Positions 19,704 to 34,778 of a DNA stretch of 64,000 bases are shown here, piece after piece (positions within the stretch are counted from its first letter, which is position 1; each line of letters begins with the position of its first letter). This stretch comes from an uncultured Planctomycetaceae bacterium. Lineage in GTDB: Bacteria; Planctomycetota; Planctomycetia; Planctomycetales; Planctomycetaceae. Below the pieces are notes generated by a model. The model was not told the DNA's origin and did no database searches. It saw only the letters and a list, made by a program, of their open reading frames with translations. The position numbers and the translations under genes are program-made. The stretch is taken from the NCBI GenBank assembly GCA_963715185.1, contig CAVQRG010000006.1:232603-296602 (forward strand), written 5' to 3'.

Positions 19704-22700
19704 ATGCACGCTTGCCGCCCGGAGACCATGCTCGGATTGCTCGCGACGTGTGGCGCGCTGTTGGGCCTGCCGGCGATGGTGCAGGCGGCGAAAGACACAT
19801 CACCGTTGGCGCAGACCGGCGCCGAGGCCCCCCCGATTGACTTCGTTTCGAACGTCCGGCCCCTCCTGTCCAATCGCTGCTTTCACTGTCACGGACCGGA
19901 TGAGAGTTCACGGGCGACGGAGTTGCGACTCGACACCAAGACTGGCGCGTTCGCCGATCTCGATGGTACGTCGGTCATCGTCCCCGGCGATCCCGAGGCC
20001 AGTGAACTGTGGCGGCGGGTGAGCGCACAGGACCCCGATGTGCGGATGCCACCGGCCGATGCGGACCAGCAGGCGCTGACGCCCGCCGAACTGAACACGG
20101 TCCGGCGCTGGATCGAGGAGGGTGCCAACTGGGAGGAGCACTGGGCGTTCGTGGCGCCCGTCCGCCCACCGCTGCCGGATGTCAAAGACTCCTCGTGGCC
20201 GGTCAACGAGATTGATACGTTCACTTTGAGAGAGATGGAAGTCCGCGGATTCGCCCCCTCGGCCGAAGCCTCGCGCGAGACACTGCTGCGGCGCGTTACG
20301 CTGGACCTCACGGGCCTGCCGCCGACCATCGAGGAACTCGACGCGTTTCTGGCCGACGATTCCCCGGATGCGTACGAACGGGTCGTCGATCGCCTCCTGC
20401 GGTCTCCACGATACGGAGAGCAGATGGCGCGTGGCTGGCTCGACGTGGCCCGCTACGGAGACACCCACGGACTGCACCTGGACAACGAAAGATCGATCTG
20501 GCCTTACCGGGACTGGCTGCTCAACGCCTTCAATGAAAACCGGCCGTTCGATCAGATGACGATCGAACAGCTGGCGGGGGATCTGCTGCCGGACGCCACC
20601 ACCTGGCAGCGGGTCGCGACGGGCTTTATCCGGTGCAACGTCAGCACGAACGAAGGGGGAGCCATCGAGGACGAGGTGCACGTCCGCAATACCGTCGACC
20701 GTGTGGAGACTTTTGCGACCGCGTATCTCGGGGTGACGCTCGGGTGTACCGTCTGCCACGACCACAAGTTCGACCCGTTTACGCAGCGGGAGTTCTATGG
20801 CCTGTTTGCGTACTTCAACAGTCTCGAACCGAAGGCCATGGATGGCAATGCCCTCCTGCATGCCCCGTTTATCGAGGTCCCTTCTCCGGAACAGCGGAGC
20901 CGCCGCGAGGAACTCGAAGGGGCGATCGCGGCGGTGAACCAGGAGATTCAGCAGACCATCGATGGTCTCGAATACACCGATCCGCACGCCGACGAGGATC
21001 CGGAGAAGCTGCCCAGTGAGGACTTCGTCTGGATCGACGACGATGTCCCCTCGGAAGCCCAGCTTCAACAGGACGGACACCCCTGGGAATGGGTGACCGA
21101 GCCGGTCCACTCCGGAACGCGGGCCACGCGGCGGAGTGTGGATGCGCTGGGTCAGCATTTCTTCACCGGGGCCACGCCGCCACTCATTCTCGGCCGGGGA
21201 GACAAGCTGTTCGCCCATGTCTATCTGGACACGGAGAATCCACCGAACGCCATCATGCTGCAATGGAACGACGGTACGTGGGAGCACCGGGCGTACTGGG
21301 GCACCGCCCAGATTCCTTACGGCAATCACAACTCTCCCGGCAAGCGGCGGATGGGCCAGCTTCCCGCGACCGGCCAATGGGTGCGACTCGAGGTACCCAT
21401 TGACAAGGTCGGGCTGACGCCGGGAGCCACGGTGCATGGCTGGGCATTCACCCAGTTTGGGGGGACCGCGTACTGGGACACGGCGGGTGTGATGACCCGG
21501 ACTCCGCAGGGGAGCCAGGCGTTTACGTCGCAGCGGCTGTGGGAACTGGCGCGCCGGAGAGGGGGCCAGCTTGCCGAAACCGGTCCAGCAGGCGATCAAG
21601 GTGGCTCCTGCAGCTCGGAATGACAAGCAGCGGGCCCTGCTGCGCCAGTACTTCCTCGAGAACATCTACCTGGACACTCAGGGGAGACTGCAGCCGCTGA
21701 CCCAGAAGCGCGTGGCACTGGAAACCGCGCTGACTGAACTGAACGACGAAATCCCCAAGACCATGGTCGCGGAGGAAATGACCGAGCCGCGACAGGCTTA
21801 CTTTCTCAATCGCGGTGAGTACGACAACCGCGGTGAAGCGGTGGAGCGCCACCTGCCCGCCGTGCTTGCCCCCCTGCCTTCGAACGCCCCGGAAGACCGC
21901 CTGGGTCTGGCGCGCTGGCTCGTCGATCCGTCGCACCCGCTGATGACTGCGCGTGGTCGTCAACCGCTGGTGGCAGCGCTACTTCGGCACCGGGATCGTC
22001 AAGACCCCCGAGGACCTCGGCATTCAGGCCGAGCCGCCGTCACACCCCGAGCTGCTCGACTGGCTGGCGACCGAATTCCTCAGTTCCGGCTGGGACGTCA
22101 AGCATATGCAGAAGCTGATCGTCATGTCCGCGACGTATCGGCAGTCGTCGCAGGTGACCAGTGAGGCCCTGCAGCGCGACCCGGCCAACCGCTGGCTCGC
22201 GCGGGGACCGCGCTTTCGCATGCCGGCGGAGATGATCCGCGATGCGGCCCTGTCCGTGAGCGGACTGCTCGTCGAAAAGCTGGGCGGACCGAGCGTGAAA
22301 CCCTATCAGCCCGACGGACTCTGGGAGGCGGTCGGCTACACCGACAGTAACACGGCGAACTTCGCCCAGGATGACGGGGAGAACCTGTATCGGCGCAGCC
22401 TGTACACCTTCTGGAAGCGAACCGCTCCGCCCCCCGCGATGAGCACGTTCGACGCGCCGTCGCGCGAGGCCTGCACGGTCCGCCGCGCGCGGACCAATAC
22501 ACCGCTGCAGGCGCTGACGCTGATGAACGACAGGCAGTTCGTCGAGGCATCGCGGCACTTCGCCGCTCGGATGCTGGCAGAGGGGGGAGAGACGCCGGAT
22601 GCGCGTTGACGTGGGGATTCCGTCTGGTCACCGCCCGGACACCGGACGAGCACGAGCTGTCGGTGCTGCAACATGTCCTCGAGGATCATCTCGCCGAGTT

Positions 22701-22863
22701 CAACGCCAACCCCGACGCCGCCACGCGACTCATCGATTCGACGACCACACGGCTGCAACCCGATCACCTCGAGCGGGACAAGTCACACGATGCGGAACTG
22801 GCCGCGTGGACGATGATCGCCAACCTGCTCCTCAATCTCGACGAAACCGTGACCAAGGGGTGA
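19704..22863 (+). pseudogene. PSCyt1 (planctomycete cytochrome c) - DUF1549 - DUF1553/PSD1 protein, at least 3 frameshifts
   Basis: Four ORF pieces in different frames: 19704.., 21571.., 21953.., 22606..22863. Motifs are [99 protein letters not shown] and [18 protein letters not shown]. Breaks are near 21550-21570 (includes a G5 run), 21950 and 22600. Confidence 0.9.
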
Positions 22864-22868
22864 CGACG

Positions 22869-24337
<1,469 letters not shown>

Positions 24338-24398
24338 GACCTGCGGACATCCGCCGCGCGGTCTTCATGGGTCGCCGCGACAGGCCACGAGGAGCAAC

Positions 24399-24739
24399 AT
24401 GAGGCTGTTCGAGGGGACCCCGTTTGACAGACCGCCGCACTGCGAGCGGTGCGGTGAGCCTGAAGAGCAGTGCACCTGCCCGCCACCTGTGCCGACTCGG
24501 CTCCCCCCCGAACGACAACTGGCAAAGCTGTCGATTGAGAAGCGAGGCAAGGGGAAACGCGTGACCGTACTCCGCGGTCTGTCGGCCCCGGATACCGACC
24601 TGCCCGAGCTACTGACGCGGTTGAAGTCCGCCTGCGGCGCCGGGGAACGCTCAAGGACGATGTCCTTGAAATCCAGGGGACGCAACTCGAAGCCGTCCGC
24701 GAGTTCCTCACGCGGCTGGGATACCGCGTGAAAGGATGA
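24399..24739 (+). pseudogene. translation initiation factor SUI1/YciH family, one frameshift near 24643
   Basis: MRLFEGTPFDRPPHCERCGEPEEQCTCP...KLSIEKRGKGKRVTVLRGL...LKSACGAG, then shifting one frame gives GTLKDDVLEIQGTQLEAVREFLTRLGYRVKG stop. The break sits at a GGGG run where GGGGG restores the frame. Confidence 0.8.
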
Positions 24740-24800
24740 TCGCGCCCCGGCAGCAATCGCGGCAACGTCCCGGCTGACATCGCTGCGTCCTGAAACGCCA

Positions 24801-24830
24801 AACACCCGGCCCCTTGCAGGGTCGGGTGTT
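24801..24830. terminator. bidirectional stem-loop between convergent SUI1 and HU genes
   Basis: AACACCCGGCCC cttgca GGGTCGGGTGTT: a 12-bp stem with one G-U pair and a 6-nt loop. T/G-rich tracts flank it on both sides. Confidence 0.55.
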
Positions 24831-24913
24831 CGTGTTGTCTGCCTCGCCTAGGTACCGGGCTCAGTGTGCAGGCGTTCTGCTGGCGACACGCCGGCGCTGC
24901 ATCCTCTTGTACG

Positions 24914-25237
24914 TCAGACTCTGTCTTTCAGGGCCTTCAGGGGGAGGATCTTCACAGCGTTGCGGGCCGGCTTGGCCTTGAACATCTGCTCTTCACCGGT
25001 GAATGGATTGAGGCCCTTGCGCGCCGGCGTTGCCTCCTTGCGAACGACCTTCACCTTCATCAATCCGGGCACGTTGAAGACACCGGGCCCCTTCTTGCTG
25101 AGCTGCTTGCCGATCAGTTCACCCATGGCGTCGAGAACCGCCCCCACCTCTTTCTTCGAGACGCCCGAAGCCTCGGCGAGTGAGGTCAGGACCTCGGTCT
25201 TACTCAATGCCTTTCCGTAGGTCTGCTTCTTTGCCAT
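24914..25237 (-). CDS. HU/IHF family nucleoid DNA-binding protein
   Basis: 107 aa: MAKKQTYGKALSKTEVLTSLAEASGVSKKEVGAVLDAMGELIGKQL...FNVPGLMKVKVVRKEATPARKGLNPFTGEEQMFKAKPARNAVKILPLKALKD. This shows the HU fold signature including the beta-arm R-x-G-x-NP. Confidence 0.9.
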   Translation of the reverse strand: MAKKQTYGKALSKTEVLTSLAEASGVSKKEVGAVLDAMGELIGKQLSKKGPGVFNVPGLMKVKVVRKEATPARKGLNPFTGEEQMFKAKPARNAVKILPLKALKDRV

Positions 25238-25589
25238 CGTCTGTCCTTTCCGGTGTTTTCATTCAAATCTGGCGGCGTGGGCCTCCATTACACGGTGTAA
25301 GTAAAGCGGCGGGAAAACAGGTTGTCAATTCCCGCAAGTGGTTCCATTCTGCAAAAAACCCTGCAATTTTCGGGTTTCTGTGCCTCTGCGGGGCCCCAGC
25401 TGCACGGTTTGGCCCGACCGAGGCGGACCCGCGCCCCCCGGGGAAGGAGGGGCGCGTTCTGGCGGAACTCCCAGATCGATCGCGCCGTCCTCACGCCCCT
25501 TCGCACGGGGAGGACTTCGCCCCGTCTCCTCAAGGATGGGAAGCCCCTGCGCCAATTCTGGGAATTCTCATCCGCCCAAAACCACAGCT

Positions 25590-25618
25590 TTGACTTCACT
25601 TTCGACCACTACTAAACT
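25590..25618 (+). promoter_or_regulatory. candidate sigma-70-type promoter of the atp operon
   Basis: TTGACT (25590-25595), a 17-nt spacer, then TAAACT (25613-25618), about 110 nt upstream of the first atp-associated ORF. This is a sequence match only. Confidence 0.3.
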
Positions 25619-25728
25619 CCGACCACAACTGAGGGGCCAATCCCTGTTTGCGGAACTGAAACGGCGGTCATTCCCTCCTGTTACCTGACCAGCCAGAGAC
25701 CGACCAGACTTCTGACCGCCCACCCCCC

Positions 25729-25968
25729 ATGGCGGCCGCCATGGAGTGGGTCAGTCGCGTGCTGGCGATCGTGTTCTTGATGTTGGCTCCTGGCCTCTTC
25801 GGACAGTGGCTGGACGCCAGGTGGGGCACAGAGGTGTTGGGGCTGTTAGGCTTTGCCATCGGTTTGACGCTGGGAATCACCTCCCTGGTTACGATGACGA
25901 AATCACCGCAGTCAGATTCCACGAAACGACCACGGTCGACGAACAGCGACTCGAACCGGCACAAGTAG
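25729..25968 (+). CDS. AtpZ/AtpI-family small membrane protein (putative F0F1-ATPase accessory subunit)
   Basis: 79 aa with two TM helices (VSRVLAIVFLMLAPGLFGQWLD, LGLLGFAIGLTLGITSLV). It is the first gene of the atp cluster. Confidence 0.7.
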   Translation: MAAAMEWVSRVLAIVFLMLAPGLFGQWLDARWGTEVLGLLGFAIGLTLGITSLVTMTKSPQSDSTKRPRSTNSDSNRHK

Positions 25969-26002
25969 AGCAGCATCCTCAGCAAGTCGCGGGTCACACA
26001 AA

Positions 26003-26470
26003 GTGGCAGAACAGACAGAGACAAGTCGATCGACGGGCGCTCCAGTCGCTGGGGCGATCCTCCAGCTTTGTCTGGTGCTGCTGGTGACCTGGGCCGTTGT
26101 GGCGGGAACCGTTTACGACTCTGAAGGGGCCCCGGGCATTATCGCCGCCACCTTGGCCGCGACAGTCTGTCTCGGCGCCGGGATCGCCGCCTTGCTCATT
26201 ACCCAACGATTCGCCAATACGCGGGACGCCGTCTCGGGTGTTCTCGGCGGCACACTGGTTCGCACGGGGATCCCGATGGCAGCCGCCGTGCTGATTTCCA
26301 ACAACAGTCCGACGTTGGCGAGCGCCGGCGTGTTCGGCAAGTTCGTCATTTTCTTTCTGGTCACGCTGGCTGCGGAAACCTGGCTTTCCGTCTCCCTTGT
26401 CAACGCCAGTCCCTCTCGCAGGAACCGGACAACTGCCGGAGGATCACTCCACTCGGCAGGCACTCCTTAA
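26003..26470 (+). CDS. atpI: ATP synthase protein I-like membrane protein
   Basis: 155 aa with four predicted TM helices, located between the atpZ-like gene and atpB. The call rests on position and topology. Confidence 0.55.
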   Translation: MAEQTETSRSTGAPVAGAILQLCLVLLVTWAVVAGTVYDSEGAPGIIAATLAATVCLGAGIAALLITQRFANTRDAVSGVLGGTLVRTGIPMAAAVLISNNSPTLASAGVFGKFVIFFLVTLAAETWLSVSLVNASPSRRNRTTAGGSLHSAGTP

Positions 26471-26484
26471 CACACGCGGCATCG

Positions 26485-27410
26485 ATGGCGGACCCTGTCC
26501 TTCACATTAAAGACAGCTATTTCTTCGAGGTGCCGAAGTTTCTTCGTGCCGTCACTGGGATGACCTCGAAGACGTGCCGGCCTTCCTGCGCGAGCAGCAC
26601 CCAGAGGAGAGCCTCGAGCAGTTCAACACGGATCTCTCGGGGAAGATCCTGATCCCGCAACCCTTCGGCACGCTGAGGAACCTGTACGAGCCGGAGTCGG
26701 GCTTCTGTATCTCCCGGTTCATGATCGTGCAACTGGCCGTGGCGTTGCTGCTGGTCTGGCTCTTCAACAAGCTGGGCAAACGGATGAGCCAGGGTGGCCC
26801 GCCCGAGGGCAAGTTCTGGAACGCCTTCGAGGCCATGCTGCTGTTTGTGCGGGACAACATTGCCCGCCCGGCGATCGGGCACGGTGCCGACGACTTCGTG
26901 CCGCTGCTCTGGACGCTGTTCTTCTTCATTCTCACGCTGAACCTGATGGGGCTGGCCCCCTGGGTCGGGACGGCAACGGGGGCATTCGGCACCACGCTGG
27001 CATTGGCGTTCGTGACGTTCATTGCTGGCTTCATCGCCGGTGTGGCCAAGCTGGGCTTCGTGGGTTACTGGAAGAATCTGGTCCCGCCGATGGACCTGCC
27101 GTGGTACATGGCGCCGATCAAGGGCATCATCTTCCTGATCGAGGTGCTGGGCCTGTTCATCAAGCATGGTGTGCTCGGCATTCGACTACTGGCGAATATG
27201 GTGGCCGGTCACCTGGTTCTGTTTGCGATTCTCGGGATGATCGCCACGGCGGCGACCGCCTCGTTCGGCACCTGGCTCACGACGGCTTCGGTCAGTGTCG
27301 TGGGAGCAACACTGTTCTGCCTGCTGGAACTCCTGGTGGCTTTTCTGCAGGCCTACATCTTCACCTTCCTGTCGGCGTTGTTTATCGGCTCGGCCATACA
27401 CCATCACTGA
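26485..27410 (+). pseudogene. atpB: F0 ATP synthase subunit a, probable frameshift near 26555 in the N-terminal extension
   Basis: ORF 26574..27410 carries the conserved core (LNLMGLAPWVGTATG..., GIRLLANMVAGHL, ...LVAFLQAYIFTFLSALFIG). Upstream, ATG 26485 gives MADPVLHIKDSYFFEVPKFLRAV, and adding one nucleotide joins it to HWDDLEDVPAFLREQHPEE. The alternative is an intact gene starting at GTG 26574. Confidence 0.85.
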
Positions 27411-27465
27411 GATGGGGCCCGAGCCCGCAGCGTGACAGGGCCTACGACAATTAGGAGAGATTTCC

Positions 27466-27765
27466 GTGACCAAGACTCTGCGAATGGCTTATGTCCTGTT
27501 TGGAGTCCTGCTGATCAGTGCCACTCCGGTGCTGGCTCAGAGTGGCACCTCGATCGAGTTCTCCGGCGCCTTCGGCGCGGGTCTCGTCGCCATCGGTGCC
27601 GCCTATGGCATCGGTAAACTCGCCTCAGCCGCGCTGGAGAGCATGGCTCGTCAGCCTGAAATCGCGGGAAACATTCAGACCGCGATGATCATCGCCGCGG
27701 CCCTGATTGAAGGCTTTACGTTTTTTGCCATCTTCGTGTGTATGCAGCAGAATCCCTGGCGTTAA
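27466..27765 (+). CDS. atpE: F0 ATP synthase subunit c with N-terminal hydrophobic extension
   Basis: 99 aa with the hairpin GAGLVAIGAAYGIGKLASAALESMARQPE...IIAAALIEGFTFFAIFV, which includes the conserved carboxylate E. Confidence 0.9.
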   Translation: MTKTLRMAYVLFGVLLISATPVLAQSGTSIEFSGAFGAGLVAIGAAYGIGKLASAALESMARQPEIAGNIQTAMIIAAALIEGFTFFAIFVCMQQNPWR

Positions 27766-27926
27766 TCGCCTGCCATTGGTCCGACAACAAGCTGCGGGCT
27801 GTTGCCTGGCTTTGTGTGGCGAAATTGTCCCGGTGCCCGTTGATCGTGACCCTCAATGACCCTCAATGAAGTGTCGCACTAAATCAATGGCCGCCATCAT
27901 CAGTCCGCAACTACGAGGATGAATCG

Positions 27927-28640
27927 GTGATGTTTCCCACTCGACCTGTGCTCACCTCGATCGTGGCCGGCAGCCTGCTGTTGGCCATCGTGCCGAGGCT
28001 GGTTTGCGCCCAGCACGACGATCCCGCCGGAGGGCTCGAGCATGCACCGGCGGCACCGGCGGACGATCATGCCTCCGATCCCGGTGCGGTCCACGCCGAT
28101 GACCATGGTGACCATGCGCATATCGGCGAAAGGGACGTCAACCGGCAACCCCAGGAGTTTCGAGCCGACCTCGCCATCTGGACGCTGGCGGTCTTCGCTC
28201 TGCTGTACTTCGGCCTGAAGAAGTTCGCCTGGCCCAAGATCGAGGCGGCGCTGGAGGCCCGGGAGTCGGGCATTCGCCAGGCCGTCCAGGATGCGGAAAA
28301 TGCCCGACGGGACGCTCAGGCGCTCGTCGCCGAGCACAAGGGGCGGATGGAAGCCATTGACGAAGAGGTCAAGGCGATCATCGCGGAGGTGCGCCGGGAT
28401 GCCGAGCGAACCAAGACCGACATCATTGCCTCGGCGGAATCGGAAGCCCGTGCGATCAAGGATCGTTCGATCGCCGAAATCCACCGGGCGCGTGACCAGG
28501 CACTGGACGAGCTGTTCGGCACCATGGCCTCCCAGGTGACTGCGGCCACCGAGCACGTCGTCGGCAAAGGCGTCTCGGTCGCCAACCAGGACCAGCTCAT
28601 CGACGAAGCGTTGCGCGAGTTTGCCGCACAGCGTTCCTGA
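27927..28640 (+). CDS. atpF: F0 ATP synthase subunit b with long N-terminal extension
   Basis: 237 aa. After the TM helix LAIWTLAVFALLYFGLKKFAWPKI comes the typical charged coiled coil: EAALEARESGIRQAVQDAENARRDAQALVAEHK... Confidence 0.85.
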   Translation: MMFPTRPVLTSIVAGSLLLAIVPRLVCAQHDDPAGGLEHAPAAPADDHASDPGAVHADDHGDHAHIGERDVNRQPQEFRADLAIWTLAVFALLYFGLKKFAWPKIEAALEARESGIRQAVQDAENARRDAQALVAEHKGRMEAIDEEVKAIIAEVRRDAERTKTDIIASAESEARAIKDRSIAEIHRARDQALDELFGTMASQVTAATEHVVGKGVSVANQDQLIDEALREFAAQRS

Positions 28641-29260
28641 CCGGAATAGTTCGAAACACGACTGACCCATGAGCGATTCGCCGCTGCCCACACGACCCTC
28701 GCATGTGCTGGAAGACCCCAGCGCTAAGGCGGTGGCCACTGTCTATGCGCGGTCGTTCCTCGAGGCGGCAGCCTCCGCGGGACTGGAAAACCCGCTGGAG
28801 GAAATGTCCTCCTTCGTCGAGGAGTTGCTGCACGACAACCCCCGGTTCGAACGGCTGCTGCTCACCGGGGCGACCGGACGCGAAGAAAAACTGGGAATCA
28901 TCGACCGGGTCGTTGCGCCCCGTGCACCGGCAGTCTTCACGAACTTCCTCAAAGTCCTCGCCAACCGCGAGCGAATGGAACTTCTGCCGCTGATTCTGGA
29001 TGAGACGCGACTGGAGCACGAGCGGCAGACAGGAAGAAGACGGGTGTTGATCACGAGTGCCGTCGAGCTCAGCAGCAGCCAGTTGCAGCGGATCGAGGAG
29101 CGCCTCCGGGAATCGCTGCCGTTCCAGCCGGTGGTCATGACGGACGTCGACCCGTCGTTGCTCGGCGGAATTGTGATTCAGATTGGTGACACGGTTTACG
29201 ACAGTTCATTGCGCGCTCGGCTGCAGACGCTGAAGCACCGACTGCGCGAAAGGTACCTCC

Positions 29261-30808
<1,548 letters not shown>

Positions 30809-30994
30809 CCGTCACGATCAACGTTCGCAGGCCGGGCCCGCCTGGCCTGGGCAGCGTCGGTTCCGACATCTGGTTCATCGGGTGCCCACCTGACAACGAC
30901 AACCACTGACGCACCAGACTGAGAGTCAGGTGGTGCCTGATGAACCCCGCAAGACAAACTTCTGAAAGAGCGGCCTGAACGACGGCCTTCACCT

Positions 30995-31873
30995 ATGGGA
31001 AAGACACGAGCCCTCGCCAAACGCCGCAAGGCGGTCCGCAACATCCGCAAGATTACGCGGACGATGGAGCTGATCGCGACCGCTCGCTTCAAGAAAGCGA
31101 TGGACCGGGCGTCCGAAGCGGCTGCCTACACCCGCAAGATCAACGAGATCGTCGCCGACCTCGCGCAGGCCAATCTGTCGTTCTCGCACCCGCTGCTGCA
31201 GCAACCGGCAGAAACCACGAACGTCACACTGCTGCTGCTCACTTCGAATCGCGGGTTCTGCGGCGGTTACAACGGGAACCTGGCCCGGACGGCACTGGCC
31301 AGGGTCCGGGAATGCCAGGAGGCCGAACAGAACATCACACTCGACGTCAGCGGCAAGCGCGGGCTGAACTTCATGCGGTTCGAGGGGGTTGCGGTCGACC
31401 GGCCCTACACGCAGTTCGAGGACCAGCCCGGCTTCGATGAGGTGAACGCGATCGCATCCCGTTATGTTGAAGACTTCATTGCCGGGCGACTGCATCGGCT
31501 CGACGTGGTGTACCAGAAGTTTCTGTCGGCAGGACGCCAGTCACCCGTGGTGGAAACACTGTTGCCAATCGGCGATCTGGCCCCGGCATCCCAGGCTGGT
31601 GGCAGCGTCACGACCATCGACTACGAGTTCCTGCCCACGGCACAGGAGATCCTCGAGGAGATCGTGCCGGCCGCCTTCAAGGCTCGGTTCTTCAAGTGCT
31701 TCCTGGACTCGGCCGTCGGCGAGCAGATCGCCCGCCGCGTCGCCATGAAGGCCGCCACCGAGAATGCCGACGAGATGATTCGAAACATCTCCCGCGAATA
31801 CAACCGTGCCCGCCAGACACAGATCACGAGTGAGCTGGCGGAAATCATCGGAGGGGCCGCCGCCCTCGAGTAG
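30995..31873 (+). CDS. atpG: F1 ATP synthase subunit gamma
   Basis: 292 aa: MGKTRALAKRRKAVRNIRKITRTMELIATARFKKA...ITSELAEIIGGAAALE. Confidence 0.95.
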   Translation: MGKTRALAKRRKAVRNIRKITRTMELIATARFKKAMDRASEAAAYTRKINEIVADLAQANLSFSHPLLQQPAETTNVTLLLLTSNRGFCGGYNGNLARTALARVRECQEAEQNITLDVSGKRGLNFMRFEGVAVDRPYTQFEDQPGFDEVNAIASRYVEDFIAGRLHRLDVVYQKFLSAGRQSPVVETLLPIGDLAPASQAGGSVTTIDYEFLPTAQEILEEIVPAAFKARFFKCFLDSAVGEQIARRVAMKAATENADEMIRNISREYNRARQTQITSELAEIIGGAAALE

Positions 31874-31939
31874 GCAGACATCGGCAGCATCGTGAGGCAT
31901 TCCTCACGGCGATGCAATTCGAAGACCGCAGACCACTGA

Positions 31940-33415
<1,476 letters not shown>

Positions 33416-33459
33416 TCGCCGCCAGAGTCCCTACCCGGTCCGACAACGAATGACTGACC

Positions 33460-33867
33460 ATGATCGCTCCGACTGAACTTCGCCTCGTGCTCGTGACACC
33501 GGAAACCACTCTCGTGGACGAGCCGGTGCACTCGCTGCGGTTCCCCCTGTTCGACGGCCAGATGGGGGTGCTCCCCGGACGGGCTCCGGTCGTGGGTCGT
33601 CTGGGAGCGGGACCGCTGACGCTGCGGACAGACCGGGGCGAGACGGTCTACTTCATCGACGGCGGGTTCGTGCAGATCAAGGGATCAGTGGTCTCCATCC
33701 TCACCCACCGTGCCATCCCGGCCGACGAACTGGATCTGACTCAGGCCCAGGCCGATCTGGACGAGGCCTTGGCCCGTGTGCCAACGACAGACGCCGATTT
33801 CCACGACAAGCAGCTCGCACAGGAGCGGGCTCGCAAGCGGATTTCCATGGGGCGTCGTCTCAAGTAA
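33460..33867 (+). CDS. atpC: F1 ATP synthase subunit epsilon
   Basis: 135 aa, the last gene of the operon: LRLVLVTPETTLVDEPVHSLRFPLFDGQMGVLPGRAP... Confidence 0.9.
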   Translation: MIAPTELRLVLVTPETTLVDEPVHSLRFPLFDGQMGVLPGRAPVVGRLGAGPLTLRTDRGETVYFIDGGFVQIKGSVVSILTHRAIPADELDLTQAQADLDEALARVPTTDADFHDKQLAQERARKRISMGRRLK

Positions 33868-34081
33868 CGGCCCCTTGGCAATCCACGCAACTGGGGTGGC
33901 CTGCGCCCCCAGGCGATCTGGCGTCTGGATCGACGACCCTCGCGGCTAAGCTGGGTCCGGCCCCTGCGGCTCAGCGCTGACCGACACCGGCTTTGCGGAC
34001 TGTTCCGCCTTCGCCCGTCGAAACGCTCATGACGACACGGCCGAATTGTCGAAGAAGTAGCTGGATCCTTCGGTTTCAGGT

Positions 34082-34738
34082 ATGCGGGACCAGTCACGGA
34101 TGACACGAATCCGCCACGATGCGGCGCACCACACGGCGCCAGCAACTCAACACGTCTGGCTGGAGATTCAGCGAGGCCGGACCCGGTTTCCCCGGCGACC
34201 GGTGTCGAGCGAACGCACGTTGATCGGTTGCGGGAGCACCTGCCACCTGCAGCTGGGGGGCGACGGCATCCCGATGGTACACAGCCTCATCGTCCAGCAA
34301 GCAGACGAGCTCAGCATCGAGGCTCTGGTGGCCGAACCGCCACTCATCGTCAACGATGCCCCCTGCCGTCGATCGACATTGCAGGCGGGAGACACGATCA
34401 GCATCGGTCCGTTTCAGTTCACGCTCGTGATGCACGATCACGAGTGCCCGGGTAGCCGCAGCGGCGTACCGTCCGACCGTCGCGACTGCGCCGACGATGC
34501 GGAAGAGAGCGACGCCGGGGAACTGTCCGTCGAGGCGCTCGTCGACCAGTTGGAAACCGACATGCAACTCGTGGAGGACTTCGAAGCAGGAAGGCGCCGT
34601 GGTCTGGCCCGCTTGCTTCGTGCCGCGCGGTCACAGGCGGCCGACCAGGAGAAGTTGCCGGCCCCCCAGGTACTCCGCCTGTCCGATCATCGGCCGGAAG
34701 ACGCGTCGCCCGCCGTGGATTCGCGGAAAGCCGCCTGA
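34082..34738 (+). CDS. FHA domain protein
   Basis: Contains RTLIGCGSTCHLQLGGDGIPMVHSLIVQQADELSIEAL...PLIVNDAPCRRSTLQAGDTISIGPFQFTL, followed by an acidic C-terminus. The exact start is uncertain. Confidence 0.7.
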   Translation: MRDQSRMTRIRHDAAHHTAPATQHVWLEIQRGRTRFPRRPVSSERTLIGCGSTCHLQLGGDGIPMVHSLIVQQADELSIEALVAEPPLIVNDAPCRRSTLQAGDTISIGPFQFTLVMHDHECPGSRSGVPSDRRDCADDAEESDAGELSVEALVDQLETDMQLVEDFEAGRRRGLARLLRAARSQAADQEKLPAPQVLRLSDHRPEDASPAVDSRKAA

Positions 34739-34778
34739 GTCCGGACGGGCGGTGATCCTGTCGCACCGAGTCAGCCGC

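Noticed and set aside
19908-21665. 585-aa minus-strand ORF
   Set aside because: It is antisense to the PSCyt-DUF1549-DUF1553 gene, which has unambiguous family motifs. The ORF is an Arg-rich shadow.
27849-27868. Tandem decamer GACCCTCAAT x2 between atpE and atpF
   Set aside because: There are only two copies with no further structure, so it is most likely chance or slippage.
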